From positions 668,502 through 732,501 of the forward strand of contig OZ242259.1 in the NCBI GenBank assembly GCA_965207035.1: a DNA stretch of 64,000 nucleotides. Direction: 5' to 3'. The position numbers and the translations under genes were made by a program. Positions within the stretch are counted from its first letter, which is position 1, and each line of letters starts with the position of its first letter. Below the pieces are notes generated by a model. It was given only the letters and a program-made list of their open reading frames with translations, was not told where the DNA came from and did not search any database. The stretch comes from Bryobacterales bacterium. Its GTDB lineage: Bacteria; Acidobacteriota; Terriglobia; Bryobacterales; UBA6623. This document shows positions 18,269-28,258 of the stretch, piece by piece.

Positions 18269-19843
18269 TTAGTTGGACCAGTCCTCGATCATCTTCTCTA
18301 CCGTCGCCAGATCGTAGCGTCCGGACGGCACGAAGTCTTGGTTCTTCAGCATGTCCTCCATGCTGTAGGGACCGGAGTCGATGCCGTCCGAGGGAACATC
18401 CGCGCCCGCGATCCAAGCAATGGCGTTCAGGACGAGCTTGCGATAGCCGGGGTGGGCCCAGTTCCAGTGAACGTGCCCGCCGGTGAATCCAAAGCCACGG
18501 CCGCCTTGCGGACGCTCGCTTGCCCACATCAGGGTCTGTGGCTCGCGTCGGTTCACCGCGGCGCGTGCGTAGGGGTTGCCGGAGGCGGGCCCGTCAGGGC
18601 GGTTCATCGACTCTCTCGGGGGGATCGCTTGGAGAATCGGCGTCACGCCCTGCATCCCCTGGCGGAAGCGCATGTGGAAATACCACTCGTCATTGATTTC
18701 AAAGGGCTCCACCCCGTTCGTAATCGGATGCCCTTCCGCTAGCTTTGGGTTCTTGATGGTCCAGTGTGGATTGACCGACCACCAGCGTTCGAAGTACCCG
18801 CCGATCCAGTCCAGAAACTTGGCCCCGGGATCGCCTTGCGGGAGTTCCACCGCGAAATGGATCGCGCCGATCCCTGCCTTGCGCGCAGCCAGCGCGTCAA
18901 CCTGCCGGAGAGCGTGCAGCCACGGATGCCCGAGGCCGCCATTGCTGTAAAGGACGACGGCATCCGCATTGTCGAGCGCCGTCGGATCGGTCGGGTGACC
19001 GTCGAAGTACGCGACGGAATGGACCTCCGGGAAGTTCTCGTTCAGCGCGTGCATCAGCAACTTGATTCCGGCGGTGTGTTCGTGAGAGGCGAACCCGTGA
19101 CTCTTCACCCCGCCAATGAATACGACTTTGTGGCGGCCAGCCATCTTCAGTCGCTTCAGTTCAATCTTGCGAAACTTCACCGTCATCGGCGGTCCGCGGT
19201 GGACTTGCAATCCCAGCAGTCCGGAGACCGGCGCGTTCGGGTCGTTGTCGGTGACATCGACCATGACGTGCCCGTTGATCTTGTGGATGTAGCGGTTCCC
19301 CCGGGCGAGGACAGCAAAGCTGTTCCATCCATCCACATCGATCAGGGACTGGAGTTCGGCTGGATCGCCAAGGCTACCGGTGACAGTCGGTTTCCCGTCG
19401 GTGCCGACCTGTGCCTTCTCGCCACGGCGCGCGAGGATCCGCCGGGAGCGTTCTCCGTAGAGACCGCCGGTGTGCCGCTCGCCGGCCTCGAAATCAGCTT
19501 GCAGGCCGCCCAGGATGTGGGGGCCCCACTCGCGGGGCTTCTCGATACTGCGGTACTGAACACCGGAATTGCCCCCTTTGATCATGAACTCGAACCTGAG
19601 CTCGAAGTCGTCCACGACACCCTCGCGCCAGATCAGGAATGAATTCGCGGGAATGGGGTCGTTCTCAGTCGTGCGGCCGACGATCGCTCCTTCCTCGACG
19701 CTCCAAAGCTTGGGATTGCCCTCCCAGCCCTTGAGGGAGACGCCGTCGAAGATCGGCACGAAACGCCCGGCTGACTCCGCAGCCGATAGCGTGAGCGAGC
19801 CCGCTAGGGCTGCAACAAGGAGTTTGGAGTGGAGTGATGGCAT
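18269..19843 (-). CDS. Secreted DUF1080 (3-keto-disaccharide hydrolase-like) + ThuA-like domain protein
   Basis: IFDGVSLKGWEG, DFELRFEF, GNSGVQYRS, GLQVHRGPPM (DUF1080); HEHTAG, HPITNGV, DEWYF, GRGFGFTGGHVH (ThuA-like). Confidence 0.85.
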   Translation of the reverse strand: MPSLHSKLLVAALAGSLTLSAAESAGRFVPIFDGVSLKGWEGNPKLWSVEEGAIVGRTTENDPIPANSFLIWREGVVDDFELRFEFMIKGGNSGVQYRSIEKPREWGPHILGGLQADFEAGERHTGGLYGERSRRILARRGEKAQVGTDGKPTVTGSLGDPAELQSLIDVDGWNSFAVLARGNRYIHKINGHVMVDVTDNDPNAPVSGLLGLQVHRGPPMTVKFRKIELKRLKMAGRHKVVFIGGVKSHGFASHEHTAGIKLLMHALNENFPEVHSVAYFDGHPTDPTALDNADAVVLYSNGGLGHPWLHALRQVDALAARKAGIGAIHFAVELPQGDPGAKFLDWIGGYFERWWSVNPHWTIKNPKLAEGHPITNGVEPFEINDEWYFHMRFRQGMQGVTPILQAIPPRESMNRPDGPASGNPYARAAVNRREPQTLMWASERPQGGRGFGFTGGHVHWNWAHPGYRKLVLNAIAWIAGADVPSDGIDSGPYSMEDMLKNQDFVPSGRYDLATVEKMIEDWSN

Positions 19844-19898
19844 CGTTGTCGTGTCTTTCTGTCTCGCTTGCGAAAATGCGGCGGCGGACTTGTTTTCT

Positions 19899-21707
19899 TC
19901 AGGAAACTGAGAGCGCTGCGTGAACATCCGGTATGGGCGGAGGTGCTAACTCCTTCGCCCGCACGTACGGCAAGGCAAACCAAAACGTAGAGCCCTTGCC
20001 AAGCTCGCTTTCGACCCAAATGGTGCCCTCGTGCGCTTGTACCAAGTGCTTTACGATCGCCAGGCCGAGACCGGTCCCGCCGAGTTCACGTGACCGCGCT
20101 TTGTCGACTCGATAGAACCTCTCGAAGAGCCTAGGGATGTGGTCCGCATGGATTCCGATTCCCGTGTCCCGGACGTACACCGCGAGCTTGGTCTCTCGTT
20201 CCACGACGCCGACAATCACGCTGCCTCCGGCGGGTGTGTACTTGACAGCATTGTCGAGCAAGTTCGCCAAGACTTGATGGATCGCGCTCGGGTCGCACTC
20301 GACGGTGACTTGGCTACTCACAGGTTGCATCGAGAGTTGCAGTGAGTTTCTCTCCGCCACAGGCCTCATTCCTTCGATTGCCAAGCGAAATAGCTTGGCA
20401 ATCGACTGCTTTCCGAATTCGAATTCCAGGGATTTGAATTCAATCTGAGACAGTGTCATCAGGTCTGACGTCAGCTGGGATAGGCGTTGGGCGTTCTGCC
20501 AGAGGATCCGGATGAAGCGCTCGTTGTTCGAGGGGTCGTGAATGGCGCCGTCCATGAGGGTTTCCGCGTAGCCAATGATCGAGGCCAGCGGGGTGCGCAG
20601 TTCGTGGGAGACGTTGATCACGAAGTCGCGGCGCATCCGCTCCACACGCTCGAGCTCGGTGATGTCGTGGAAAACCCCTGCGACTGCTTGGATCTTGCCC
20701 TTGCGGTTGAGGATTGGAGCGCACGAGACCCTCCATGAGCGCAGGGCCGGCTCCTGCACGGACAGCTCGACTGAACACGGCCTACCGCTCTCAATTGCGT
20801 CGTTGAAGATCTTTGCGACCTCCTTGTTTTCCCAATGCAACAGTGACGCATCGGCATGCAGGGGCTCGTTCGGGAACATGTGCTCGACAGCAGGATTGAC
20901 CAACACGATCCGCTGTCTCCGGTCGGACACCAGCAGCCCTTCGCCAATCGAGTTCACTGCGGCCGCAAAGCGGGAGCGCTCTTCTTGAAGCTGGTTGAAG
21001 GTTGAGCGAAGCTTGCTTGCTGTTGTTCTTAGGCTGTTGGCCAAGTCATCCAATTCCCGCAGGTCCCCCCGTTTGGGGATGTGCGGTGTGACCTCGAAAT
21101 TGCCGTCGGCGATCTCACTCGATAGACGGACGATGCCTGAGAACTGCTTCGAGATTCTGCGGGCGAACCACGCCGTTGCCAGGACCACCGGAACGACAAT
21201 CAGCATAATGATTGATGTAATACGGTCACGGCTCGACGATACCAGTGCATTGACCTCCTCGAGCGGCAGAGCGAGCCTCACGGCTCCTCCTCCGATCCTT
21301 GGAATCGCTACGTACAGAAATTCTGCGCCGACGGTACTGCTGAGGCGCCGGCTGACGGCGGTCCGCCCACCGTGGATGGATTCGATGAATTCTGGCCGAT
21401 CGGCGTGGTTTTCCATCCTCGCGGGATCGGCTTCTGAATCAGCAAGTACTGCCCCAGACGCATCGATGACCGTAACGCGGGCTTGGGCTTGATTGGCTAG
21501 ATCCTCGATGCGTGATTGGTACTCCTCTGTTGGTAGAAGGAGCAAGGTGCTCTCCACTAGGCGTGCCTTCTCCGAGAGGCTCTCTTCCAATCCGCTTTCG
21601 AGGTTCTCGACTGTGATCTGTGTCACCAAGACTGCAACTGCCCCTGCCGTGAGAATCAGCGGCAGGATCGTGACGAGCCCGAGCTTGAGCAGAATCCTAG
21701 CGGTCAT
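19899..21707 (-). CDS. phoR: Two-component sensor histidine kinase, PhoR-like (HAMP-PAS-HisKA-HATPase)
   Basis: MENHADRPE, RRDFVINVSHELRTPL, NLLDNAVKY, FERFYRVDKARSRELGGTGLGLAIVKH. Confidence 0.85.
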   Translation of the reverse strand: MTARILLKLGLVTILPLILTAGAVAVLVTQITVENLESGLEESLSEKARLVESTLLLLPTEEYQSRIEDLANQAQARVTVIDASGAVLADSEADPARMENHADRPEFIESIHGGRTAVSRRLSSTVGAEFLYVAIPRIGGGAVRLALPLEEVNALVSSSRDRITSIIMLIVVPVVLATAWFARRISKQFSGIVRLSSEIADGNFEVTPHIPKRGDLRELDDLANSLRTTASKLRSTFNQLQEERSRFAAAVNSIGEGLLVSDRRQRIVLVNPAVEHMFPNEPLHADASLLHWENKEVAKIFNDAIESGRPCSVELSVQEPALRSWRVSCAPILNRKGKIQAVAGVFHDITELERVERMRRDFVINVSHELRTPLASIIGYAETLMDGAIHDPSNNERFIRILWQNAQRLSQLTSDLMTLSQIEFKSLEFEFGKQSIAKLFRLAIEGMRPVAERNSLQLSMQPVSSQVTVECDPSAIHQVLANLLDNAVKYTPAGGSVIVGVVERETKLAVYVRDTGIGIHADHIPRLFERFYRVDKARSRELGGTGLGLAIVKHLVQAHEGTIWVESELGKGSTFWFALPYVRAKELAPPPIPDVHAALSVS

Positions 21708-22397
21708 TTAGGGGATCTCGAACCTGTAGCCGAATCCGCGAACGGTCTGAATCCAGCGTGGCCGTTTCGGCACTTCCTCGATTTGCTCGCGAATTCGCCG
21801 AACATGCACGTCGATGTTCCTGGGCACAACGTGGGATCGGCCGTTCCAGATTCGCGTGATCAGTTGCTGCCTGGTGAATGCCTTGCCCGGGTTTGCGGCG
21901 AGAAACCCAAGCAGTTCGAACTCCGTTGCTGTCAAGTCGAGCGCTTTCCCGTTCAATTGGGCTCTCCGGGCGTCATAGTTTATCTCAAGCCCCTGGGCCT
22001 CCAGAGACTTTCGCGGCTCTTGGTTTGGACCTCGTCTCAGATGAGCCTTGATCCGGGCAAGCAGTTCTCTTGGACTGAACGGCTTGGTTATGTAATCATC
22101 GCCACCGATTTCGAGCCCGAGCACCCTGTCAACCTCCTGGGAGCGAGCCGTGAGAAAGAGGACTGGAATGCTGGCGGTCACGGCATTTGCCCGGAGTCCG
22201 CGGCAGAACTCGAAGCCGTCACCGTCCGGCAGCATCACGTCGAGGATGATCAGGTCGGGACGGTGATCTCGAATCAGTTGGTCAGCGCCATCGAGGCGAT
22301 GGGCGGTTACGACGTCGTAACCGCTGTTGCCCAGGTTGTATTCCAAGAGCGCGCAAAGATCCTGGTCATCTTCGACCACGACAATCGTCTGTCGCAT
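21708..22397 (-). CDS. phoB: OmpR-family response regulator, PhoB/PhoP-like
   Basis: VEDD, LDVMLP, DDYITKPFSPREL, winged helix IQTVRGFGYRF; directly upstream of phoR-like kinase. Confidence 0.82.
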   Translation of the reverse strand: MRQTIVVVEDDQDLCALLEYNLGNSGYDVVTAHRLDGADQLIRDHRPDLIILDVMLPDGDGFEFCRGLRANAVTASIPVLFLTARSQEVDRVLGLEIGGDDYITKPFSPRELLARIKAHLRRGPNQEPRKSLEAQGLEINYDARRAQLNGKALDLTATEFELLGFLAANPGKAFTRQQLITRIWNGRSHVVPRNIDVHVRRIREQIEEVPKRPRWIQTVRGFGYRFEIP

Positions 22398-22406
22398 GCT
22401 GATCCA

Positions 22407-22426
22407 CGGACATTATAGGATGTCCG
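22407..22426. promoter_or_regulatory. Perfect inverted repeat CGGACAT-N6-ATGTCCG overlapping a TATAAT -10 box of phoB
   Basis: cggacat tatagg atgtccg; minus-strand TATAAT at 22417-22412, 14 nt before the phoB ATG. Confidence 0.5.
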
Positions 22427-22703
22427 CAAGAGACGGGCGGGTGCGAACTGTCGAGTGCTCGCGTGCTGGTTTTTCCGATGGGTTCTATCAGGACATATCT
22501 GGCATCCGCGCCAGCCTGCTGTTTCCGGACGGGCGCGATTCCGGCAGGGCCCAACGCGCGCTGCCTCTGTCGAGCGGGAGTTGGCCGAGCGGGTCGGTAT
22601 GCGCAACTCGTGAGATCCCGCCGCTTTCCCAAATGTCGCAGGCAGGGGCGACGAGTATCCGACTAGCTACCATGGATGAGCGCACCACTGACTGGCGGGC
22701 CAA

Positions 22704-23447
22704 ATGCGGGACATGAGACTCAAGGGCAAAGGAGCGATCGTCACGGGTGCTGGCAGTGGCATTGGTGAGGCCGTTGCCAGGTGCTTCGCTCAGGAAGGGG
22801 CCGAGGTCGTCACGGTCGGCCGGACTCGGTCGAAGCTTCAGCAGGCGGTGGTGGATGCGGGTGACTGCGGTGCTCGGCTTCATCCGTATCCCTTGGACGT
22901 GTCCGATGCCCAGGCGGTTGACACTTTGACCGCGTGGGCTGCGGATACACTGCCGCAAATCGACATCTTGGTCAACAACGCCGGCACCAATGTGCAGCGG
23001 CGAGCGCTGGAGGATCTGAGTCGAGAAGATTTCGATACCGTGGTCCGCGTCAATCTCAACGGAGCGTTTTATCTGATGCAGGCGGTCCTGCCAGGCATGC
23101 GCGAGCGGGGCGACGGCGTATTGATTACGGTTTCCTCGATCGCTGGTGTGCGTACTTCGGTACTGGGGGGCGCAAGCTATAGTGCCAGCAAGCATGGAGT
23201 GCGTTCGCTGAGTCTTGCGGCCCATTTGGAGGAGGGTCCACGGGGCATCCGGTCGTGCGTTATCTGCCCTGGGGAAGTGAACACACCGATCCTGGATAAT
23301 CGGCCCGTTGTGCCCGGAGACGACAAGCGCGCCCTGATGCTTCAGCCGGAGGATGTGGCTGATGCGGCGCTCTTGGTCGCTACGCTGCATCCTAGGGCGT
23401 GTATTCCCGAACTCATAATCACACCCACAGTGCAGTCGTTTGCCTGA
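22704..23447 (+). CDS. SDR family oxidoreductase
   Basis: TGAGSGIG, LVNNAG, YSASK, CPGEVNT. Confidence 0.92.
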   Translation: MRDMRLKGKGAIVTGAGSGIGEAVARCFAQEGAEVVTVGRTRSKLQQAVVDAGDCGARLHPYPLDVSDAQAVDTLTAWAADTLPQIDILVNNAGTNVQRRALEDLSREDFDTVVRVNLNGAFYLMQAVLPGMRERGDGVLITVSSIAGVRTSVLGGASYSASKHGVRSLSLAAHLEEGPRGIRSCVICPGEVNTPILDNRPVVPGDDKRALMLQPEDVADAALLVATLHPRACIPELIITPTVQSFA

Positions 23448-23494
23448 AGTGGCCGGGTCCGAGACAGGTCCCAGCCAAGTCCCGGCGAAACGCG

Positions 23495-23761
23495 CTAGAT
23501 TGATCGCAGCGATTTGCCGGGCTTGAACCGGACGGCCTTGCCTGGCCTCAGAGGCACAACTTCACCTGTCCGCGGATTGCGTCCGATGCCTGTCTTGCGT
23601 GGGCGTATTTCGAACACACCGAATCCCCGCAACTCAATGCGCTCCCCTCGAATCAGCGAGTCCTTGATCATGTCCAAGATTGTCTCGACCGCGATCCGCG
23701 ATTGAGCTTGAGTGAGGCCGGTACTGGCGAGCAAGCGATTGACGAGGTCTTGCTTGATCAT
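23495..23761 (-). CDS. HU/IHF family DNA-binding protein
   Basis: MIKQDLV..., IELRGFGVF, GRNPRTGE, VRFKPGK; start trimmed to ATG 23761. Confidence 0.93.
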   Translation of the reverse strand: MIKQDLVNRLLASTGLTQAQSRIAVETILDMIKDSLIRGERIELRGFGVFEIRPRKTGIGRNPRTGEVVPLRPGKAVRFKPGKSLRSI

Positions 23762-24281
23762 GAGAAAGGCGTCCCCTAGGGTGTGTGGACTAATGCTAGG
23801 GAAGGGTTCGCCGAATGTCAACTGGCACATCGGCGCAGTGCCGTGGCACCAGGGCGGTGAGGAGTGCAAGCCTTCTTGACACGCGGGGGTTTCTGTTACT
23901 TTCCGCGTCAGTGGTCACGGGCCAACTCCAACCACTTCAAGCATATGGACATTGGACTGGATGCCCTCCGCCCTCTCCGCCCGGGTAAGTCCGACTTTGG
24001 GTCGTGCGTCGTGCCGCACTGTTGGCGCCCCTCCAGTTCACTCGCCGATGAGTAGGAAGACCGCTCTACGATTGCGGGTGCAAGAAGGACCTGCCGGGGC
24101 GGGATCCTGCGGTGCCTGCTGCACTTGGTTATCGGTCGGAGAACTCGCCGTGCCACCCCGGATTCGCGTGGGACAAGGGGGGCGGGCAACCGCTCGGCTG
24201 GAGTGGCACATACCTGAATCATGCCGGCTGGCCGGAAGAGCCTCGCCCAAGGGCAAGCTTGGAGCGGTGCGGGTCAATTCG

Positions 24282-24415
24282 TGCTACCATAGCCACGCTT
24301 GACAAAAAGCAAGACGCTTGCCTGGATTCCGGGCAGGTCGATGCAGGGACTCTTCTGAGAGACTTAACGATTGCGAGGGATTGGGCGTCGCGAGGCGCAC
24401 CGGTCCCTTTTTGTC
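24282..24415 (+). promoter_or_regulatory. Extended -10 (TGcTACCAT) and structured attenuator-like 5' leader of infC
   Basis: Hairpin 24313-24339; GCGA-tetraloop hairpin 24375-24409 followed by a T-tract; gacaaaaag (24301-24309) is complementary to ctttttgtc (24407-24415). Confidence 0.5.
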
Positions 24416-24457
24416 GCTATGGGTTTCAAGGAAGCTTTGGATCAAAGGAGAATCGTT

Positions 24458-25102
24458 ATTTTTCGTAGACGCCACCGCCCAATTCGAAGGGTCAGACGCC
24501 AAAATGTAAACGAGACCATTCGAGCCCGCGAAGTACGGGTTGTTTTCCCGGATGGCCGGACAACGGTCATGTCGACCAACGAAGGGATACGGCGTGCCAA
24601 GGAACTCGGCTTGGACTTGGTTCTCGTGTCACCCAACGCACAGCCTCCGGTCGCCAAGGTCATTGACTACGGCGAATATTCGTACCTGGAAAAAAAGAAG
24701 AACAACGAGGCCAAGAAGAAGCAGCACAGGATCGAGGTCAAGGAAGTCAAGTTCCGACCAAACACTGACCAACACGACTATGCTTTCAAGAGGAACCATG
24801 CGATCCGCTTTTTGAAGGACGGCAACAAGGTCAAGGCGACAATTTTTTTTCGGGGCCGGGAGATCACGCACGCCAATATTGGCGAGCGAATCCTGCGAGA
24901 GCTCGCCGATGACTTGAGCGAGTTTGGAAACCCCGAAACCCAGCCGCGGATCGAAGGCCGCACGATGAGTATGATGATCGGACCGCGCAAGGTCGCCAAG
25001 TCCGGCAAGAGCTCAGCTGACGAAGGATTGACCCAGGACGCAGTGCCTCCGAGCGGGCAGCCGGACCAAACAGGCACTCGCGGAGAAACCGCTGCGGCCT
25101 GA
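24458..25102 (+). CDS. infC: Translation initiation factor IF-3 (AUU start)
   Basis: NETIRAREVRV, LDLVLVSPNAQPPVAKVIDYG, KEVKFRP, KVKATIFFRGRE; AAGGAG SD 7 nt before the in-frame ATT at 24458. Confidence 0.95.
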   Translation: MFRRRHRPIRRVRRQNVNETIRAREVRVVFPDGRTTVMSTNEGIRRAKELGLDLVLVSPNAQPPVAKVIDYGEYSYLEKKKNNEAKKKQHRIEVKEVKFRPNTDQHDYAFKRNHAIRFLKDGNKVKATIFFRGREITHANIGERILRELADDLSEFGNPETQPRIEGRTMSMMIGPRKVAKSGKSSADEGLTQDAVPPSGQPDQTGTRGETAAA

Positions 25103-25376
25103 CCGGAGCGGCTCTGGCCGAATCCGGTTGCAGTGGCCAGCGCTCTCCCGAACGAGTCGAATTCGGATTGGGGGTCCTATTGCATTCCCTCGAGAAGCGT
25201 CGGCCATCATGATCCCTGACATCAATCCCAAGGTGGAGCGACTGCTGCGAGCCGAGGCCGGACCGGACCGGACCGAGGCGAATTCTGGTGCAACGCGTCC
25301 GCCCTCGCGCCTTGGTTGACCGCGTTCGTTTCCAAGCAGGCGCTTGCCGGAACCCGGCGGGCCTCGGCAAGCCGGG

Positions 25377-28052
25377 TCAGCCGACCCAGCTTCCTGTAAT
25401 CAAGCGGCGGGCGACGACTTTGTCGCCCGCTCTTGCCGTTGCGAGGACCGCTTCTCCGGGCTTGACACCGACTAGTCCACGAATTGACAGCGTCCCGTCG
25501 GCTAGCGTGCGGGAGCCTCGCAACGGCCTGCCATCCTCGGCGGAAAGCAGGACGTCGGCGTTCGGCAAGAGTTTGACCGGCGGCAAGGCGCAAGATGGGG
25601 GTCGGCCGGTGGCGGACGCCTTCGCCCGAACGGAGCCCCCTCCGCGAGGATCTTCGGCCGCGCTGTCGACCAAGTTCCGGACCCGCAGTGCTATCGTCGG
25701 ATCCGCGCCCCGAGGATCGAATTCCATTTCTAGGAAATTCCAGTAGAATGGCCCATCGAGCTTCTTCAGGTCAGGCGTGTCGTATCTCTGGTGGTAGAGA
25801 GCCTTGATCTCCACGTTCCGTCCGTCGAAATCCTGCATTAGCGGGCCGAATCCTTCCTTGACGCCGCGTCCGCCGCTGCGTCCGATCGGCCCGAAGGAGC
25901 ATTCGAAGACCCGGTGCTCCAAATTCTGTAAGATCATGCCGACATGGACGTCTCCGTACACCGTCACCACGCCGTCTCGAGATCCGAGCACTTCAAGGAC
26001 CCTGTCGGCACCGGCCATCACCCATCCGGCATAGTCGGCGGCGACGCGGTCGCGTTCGCCGAGCACGGTCTTGGCGTCCTCTCGACGACCGCTACCCGTC
26101 CAGATCGTATGCATTCCGTTGATGCCAGTCAGGCAGATCAGGGGCGATGAATCGGATCGTATCGTTTCGCTCAGCCACGCGAATTGCTCTTCCCCTAGCA
26201 GGCTTCGGGTGACATCAGAGCGCGAATAGAGGCTCTCCCTGGCCCCCCAGCCTTGGTCGTCCCAGATGTTGGTGTCCTGGCTGGAACGCCACAGTCGCGA
26301 ATCGAGTATCAGGAGGCTGAAGTCTCGATTTGGCATCTTCCAGCGGCGCCATTTCTTGGGATTGGCCGTTCCCGATGGCGCGTCGTCGCCTGTGACCAAG
26401 TGATGTACGATCTGAAAATTCCGGCGCATATAGTCTCGGTCTTGGCCGAGATCGTCGAACGTCCTGATCGCGAGTTGCTCCGGTCCCTTGACGTCGTCCA
26501 TGCCGTAGTCGTGGTCGCCCGGGTTGATGGTGTTCCAGTGCCTCATCATCTGCCAGCGCGTAGTCGGCCCGCAGAGGGTGGTAGTGACAATCTTGTATGC
26601 GTCGTCGGGAGAGGGCGGGTAAAGGAGCAGTTCCATGTACCATACGTCGTCCTCCCACATCATCACTTGGAAGCCGAATTCCTCGAGGTGCTGGTAGGCT
26701 TTGCCTGTAGGCTGGTCGTGGACGAAGAATCCGCCGCCCGCCCCTGCATCAGGAAGCTTCGGCCCGCCCCCGTGGATGGCGTGGCAGGAGAGCCCGCAGA
26801 GCTTGTACGGGGCGGTCAGTCTGGGCAAGCGCCCAACGTAAGAGCCAGTCGAAGGAACTTCGCCAACCTGCCCAGTGCCGATGCCCACCGCGTCAGTTGC
26901 TAGCCGCGGATCGGCGGTCACATCGCGGCCGTCTTTCCAGACGGTGTAATAGAGGTCTTGATCGGCCGGGTTCGATGGAAGTCGGGCGTCAACTACCGCC
27001 GTGTTACGCCGGAAGTCGTTGTTGACAATGGGGGCGGACCCGGCCGGGGCCACCGACTGCCATCCTCCGGCGGGATCGGGAGAGTCCGCGACCCGGATCT
27101 CCGCGGTTTCGCCGTCGCTGCGAAAAAGCGCGATGAAGCGTACTTGCCATGCGTCGTCGACGGGTCTCAAAGTGTCGCCGAGGGCGTAGCAGGAATGGCA
27201 CTCATTGAGCACGGGTTCGAGTGGGATGTTCTCTTTGGGGACGACGCTGAATTTGGCGATTTCAAAGTCCAAGAGGCCTCGTCCGGCGATGCCTGCGAAA
27301 CCTGCCAAGTGCTTTGTAGCGGCGATGTCGTCGACTTGGATTTCGGCCACACGCCGACCGTTGATCTCGAGGCTCACGACCGCGCTGGCCGTGTTCGCGC
27401 GAAGGTCGGAGATCGTGACGGTGATGAGGAAACGGTCTCCCGGGGATGGTGCCGGAACACGCTTTGTGGCTACGACCCTGTCAGAACCATGCTCGCGAAT
27501 GCCGAAGTAGCCGTCGTCGGTCCAGGCAGCGATCCAGGCAGCCTTGCCGTTCTGGCCTGACATTCCGAAGGACTCGAAAAGCGTCGCAGAACCGAACGCC
27601 AGCCCAATGAGCCCATAGCCTTGTTGGTAAATCTTCCATTCCGGAGAGTCGCCTTCCCCCGGACCATGGGCCTTCGCCAGGATCTGCCCTTCCGCTTGCA
27701 GTCCGTATTCGCCCTGCAAACGCCAACGGCGATGCCAAATCAGGCCCGGGGGCAGGGACGGGTCGTAGTCGACAGGCATACTGCGCTCGCCGTCCCGGCC
27801 GTGCGTCTCGTAGTGGTACGGGAAGCCCGTCCTGCGGGCGCGGTCTCCCAAGTTGTGAATTCTCCTGCGGAGAGCCCCGTCCTTGATCTGCCAGTAGCCC
27901 GGATTGAGCGTCTCCCAGTCGTCTCCGTGATAGAGGGAGTCCGGTCCTTCGAACAATGCCTCGCGCGCTGGCAGTCGTGGAACGGCGACGGCCGAAATAG
28001 TGGTCGCCGCCGCAGCCTGCAGGAATCTCCTGCGATTGAATGGATCGCTCAT
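25377..28052 (-). CDS. Tat-exported PhoD-like metallophosphatase with extra domains
   Basis: NRRRFLQAAAA Tat signal; divergent PhoD motifs LSC, WEDDVWY, GDHDYG, LDSRLWR, LLGEEQFAWL, YGDVH. Confidence 0.72.
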   Translation of the reverse strand: MSDPFNRRRFLQAAAATTISAVAVPRLPAREALFEGPDSLYHGDDWETLNPGYWQIKDGALRRRIHNLGDRARRTGFPYHYETHGRDGERSMPVDYDPSLPPGLIWHRRWRLQGEYGLQAEGQILAKAHGPGEGDSPEWKIYQQGYGLIGLAFGSATLFESFGMSGQNGKAAWIAAWTDDGYFGIREHGSDRVVATKRVPAPSPGDRFLITVTISDLRANTASAVVSLEINGRRVAEIQVDDIAATKHLAGFAGIAGRGLLDFEIAKFSVVPKENIPLEPVLNECHSCYALGDTLRPVDDAWQVRFIALFRSDGETAEIRVADSPDPAGGWQSVAPAGSAPIVNNDFRRNTAVVDARLPSNPADQDLYYTVWKDGRDVTADPRLATDAVGIGTGQVGEVPSTGSYVGRLPRLTAPYKLCGLSCHAIHGGGPKLPDAGAGGGFFVHDQPTGKAYQHLEEFGFQVMMWEDDVWYMELLLYPPSPDDAYKIVTTTLCGPTTRWQMMRHWNTINPGDHDYGMDDVKGPEQLAIRTFDDLGQDRDYMRRNFQIVHHLVTGDDAPSGTANPKKWRRWKMPNRDFSLLILDSRLWRSSQDTNIWDDQGWGARESLYSRSDVTRSLLGEEQFAWLSETIRSDSSPLICLTGINGMHTIWTGSGRREDAKTVLGERDRVAADYAGWVMAGADRVLEVLGSRDGVVTVYGDVHVGMILQNLEHRVFECSFGPIGRSGGRGVKEGFGPLMQDFDGRNVEIKALYHQRYDTPDLKKLDGPFYWNFLEMEFDPRGADPTIALRVRNLVDSAAEDPRGGGSVRAKASATGRPPSCALPPVKLLPNADVLLSAEDGRPLRGSRTLADGTLSIRGLVGVKPGEAVLATARAGDKVVARRLITGSWVG

Positions 28053-28258
28053 CGCGGCGGTATTGTACCAGCCGGAGCGCGCCGAGTGTCCATGCCAGGT
28101 CACCTGCTGGCAGGGCTGGTGCGAGCAATTGGTATTGTTGATGTCGAACTCGTCGACGGGTCGATGTCCAAGCTGGATGGTCTGGTCGAGGTTCGAGAGA
28201 GCAGGTGACAATGGGACCGAGATTAAGCGAGTCTGCAACCGTCAATTGCGGTAAGCGG

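Noticed and set aside
28053-28258. Pho box upstream of the PhoD-like gene, given the nearby phoBR
   Set aside because: Only one TGTCA-like half-site seen; no 11-bp-spaced direct repeat.
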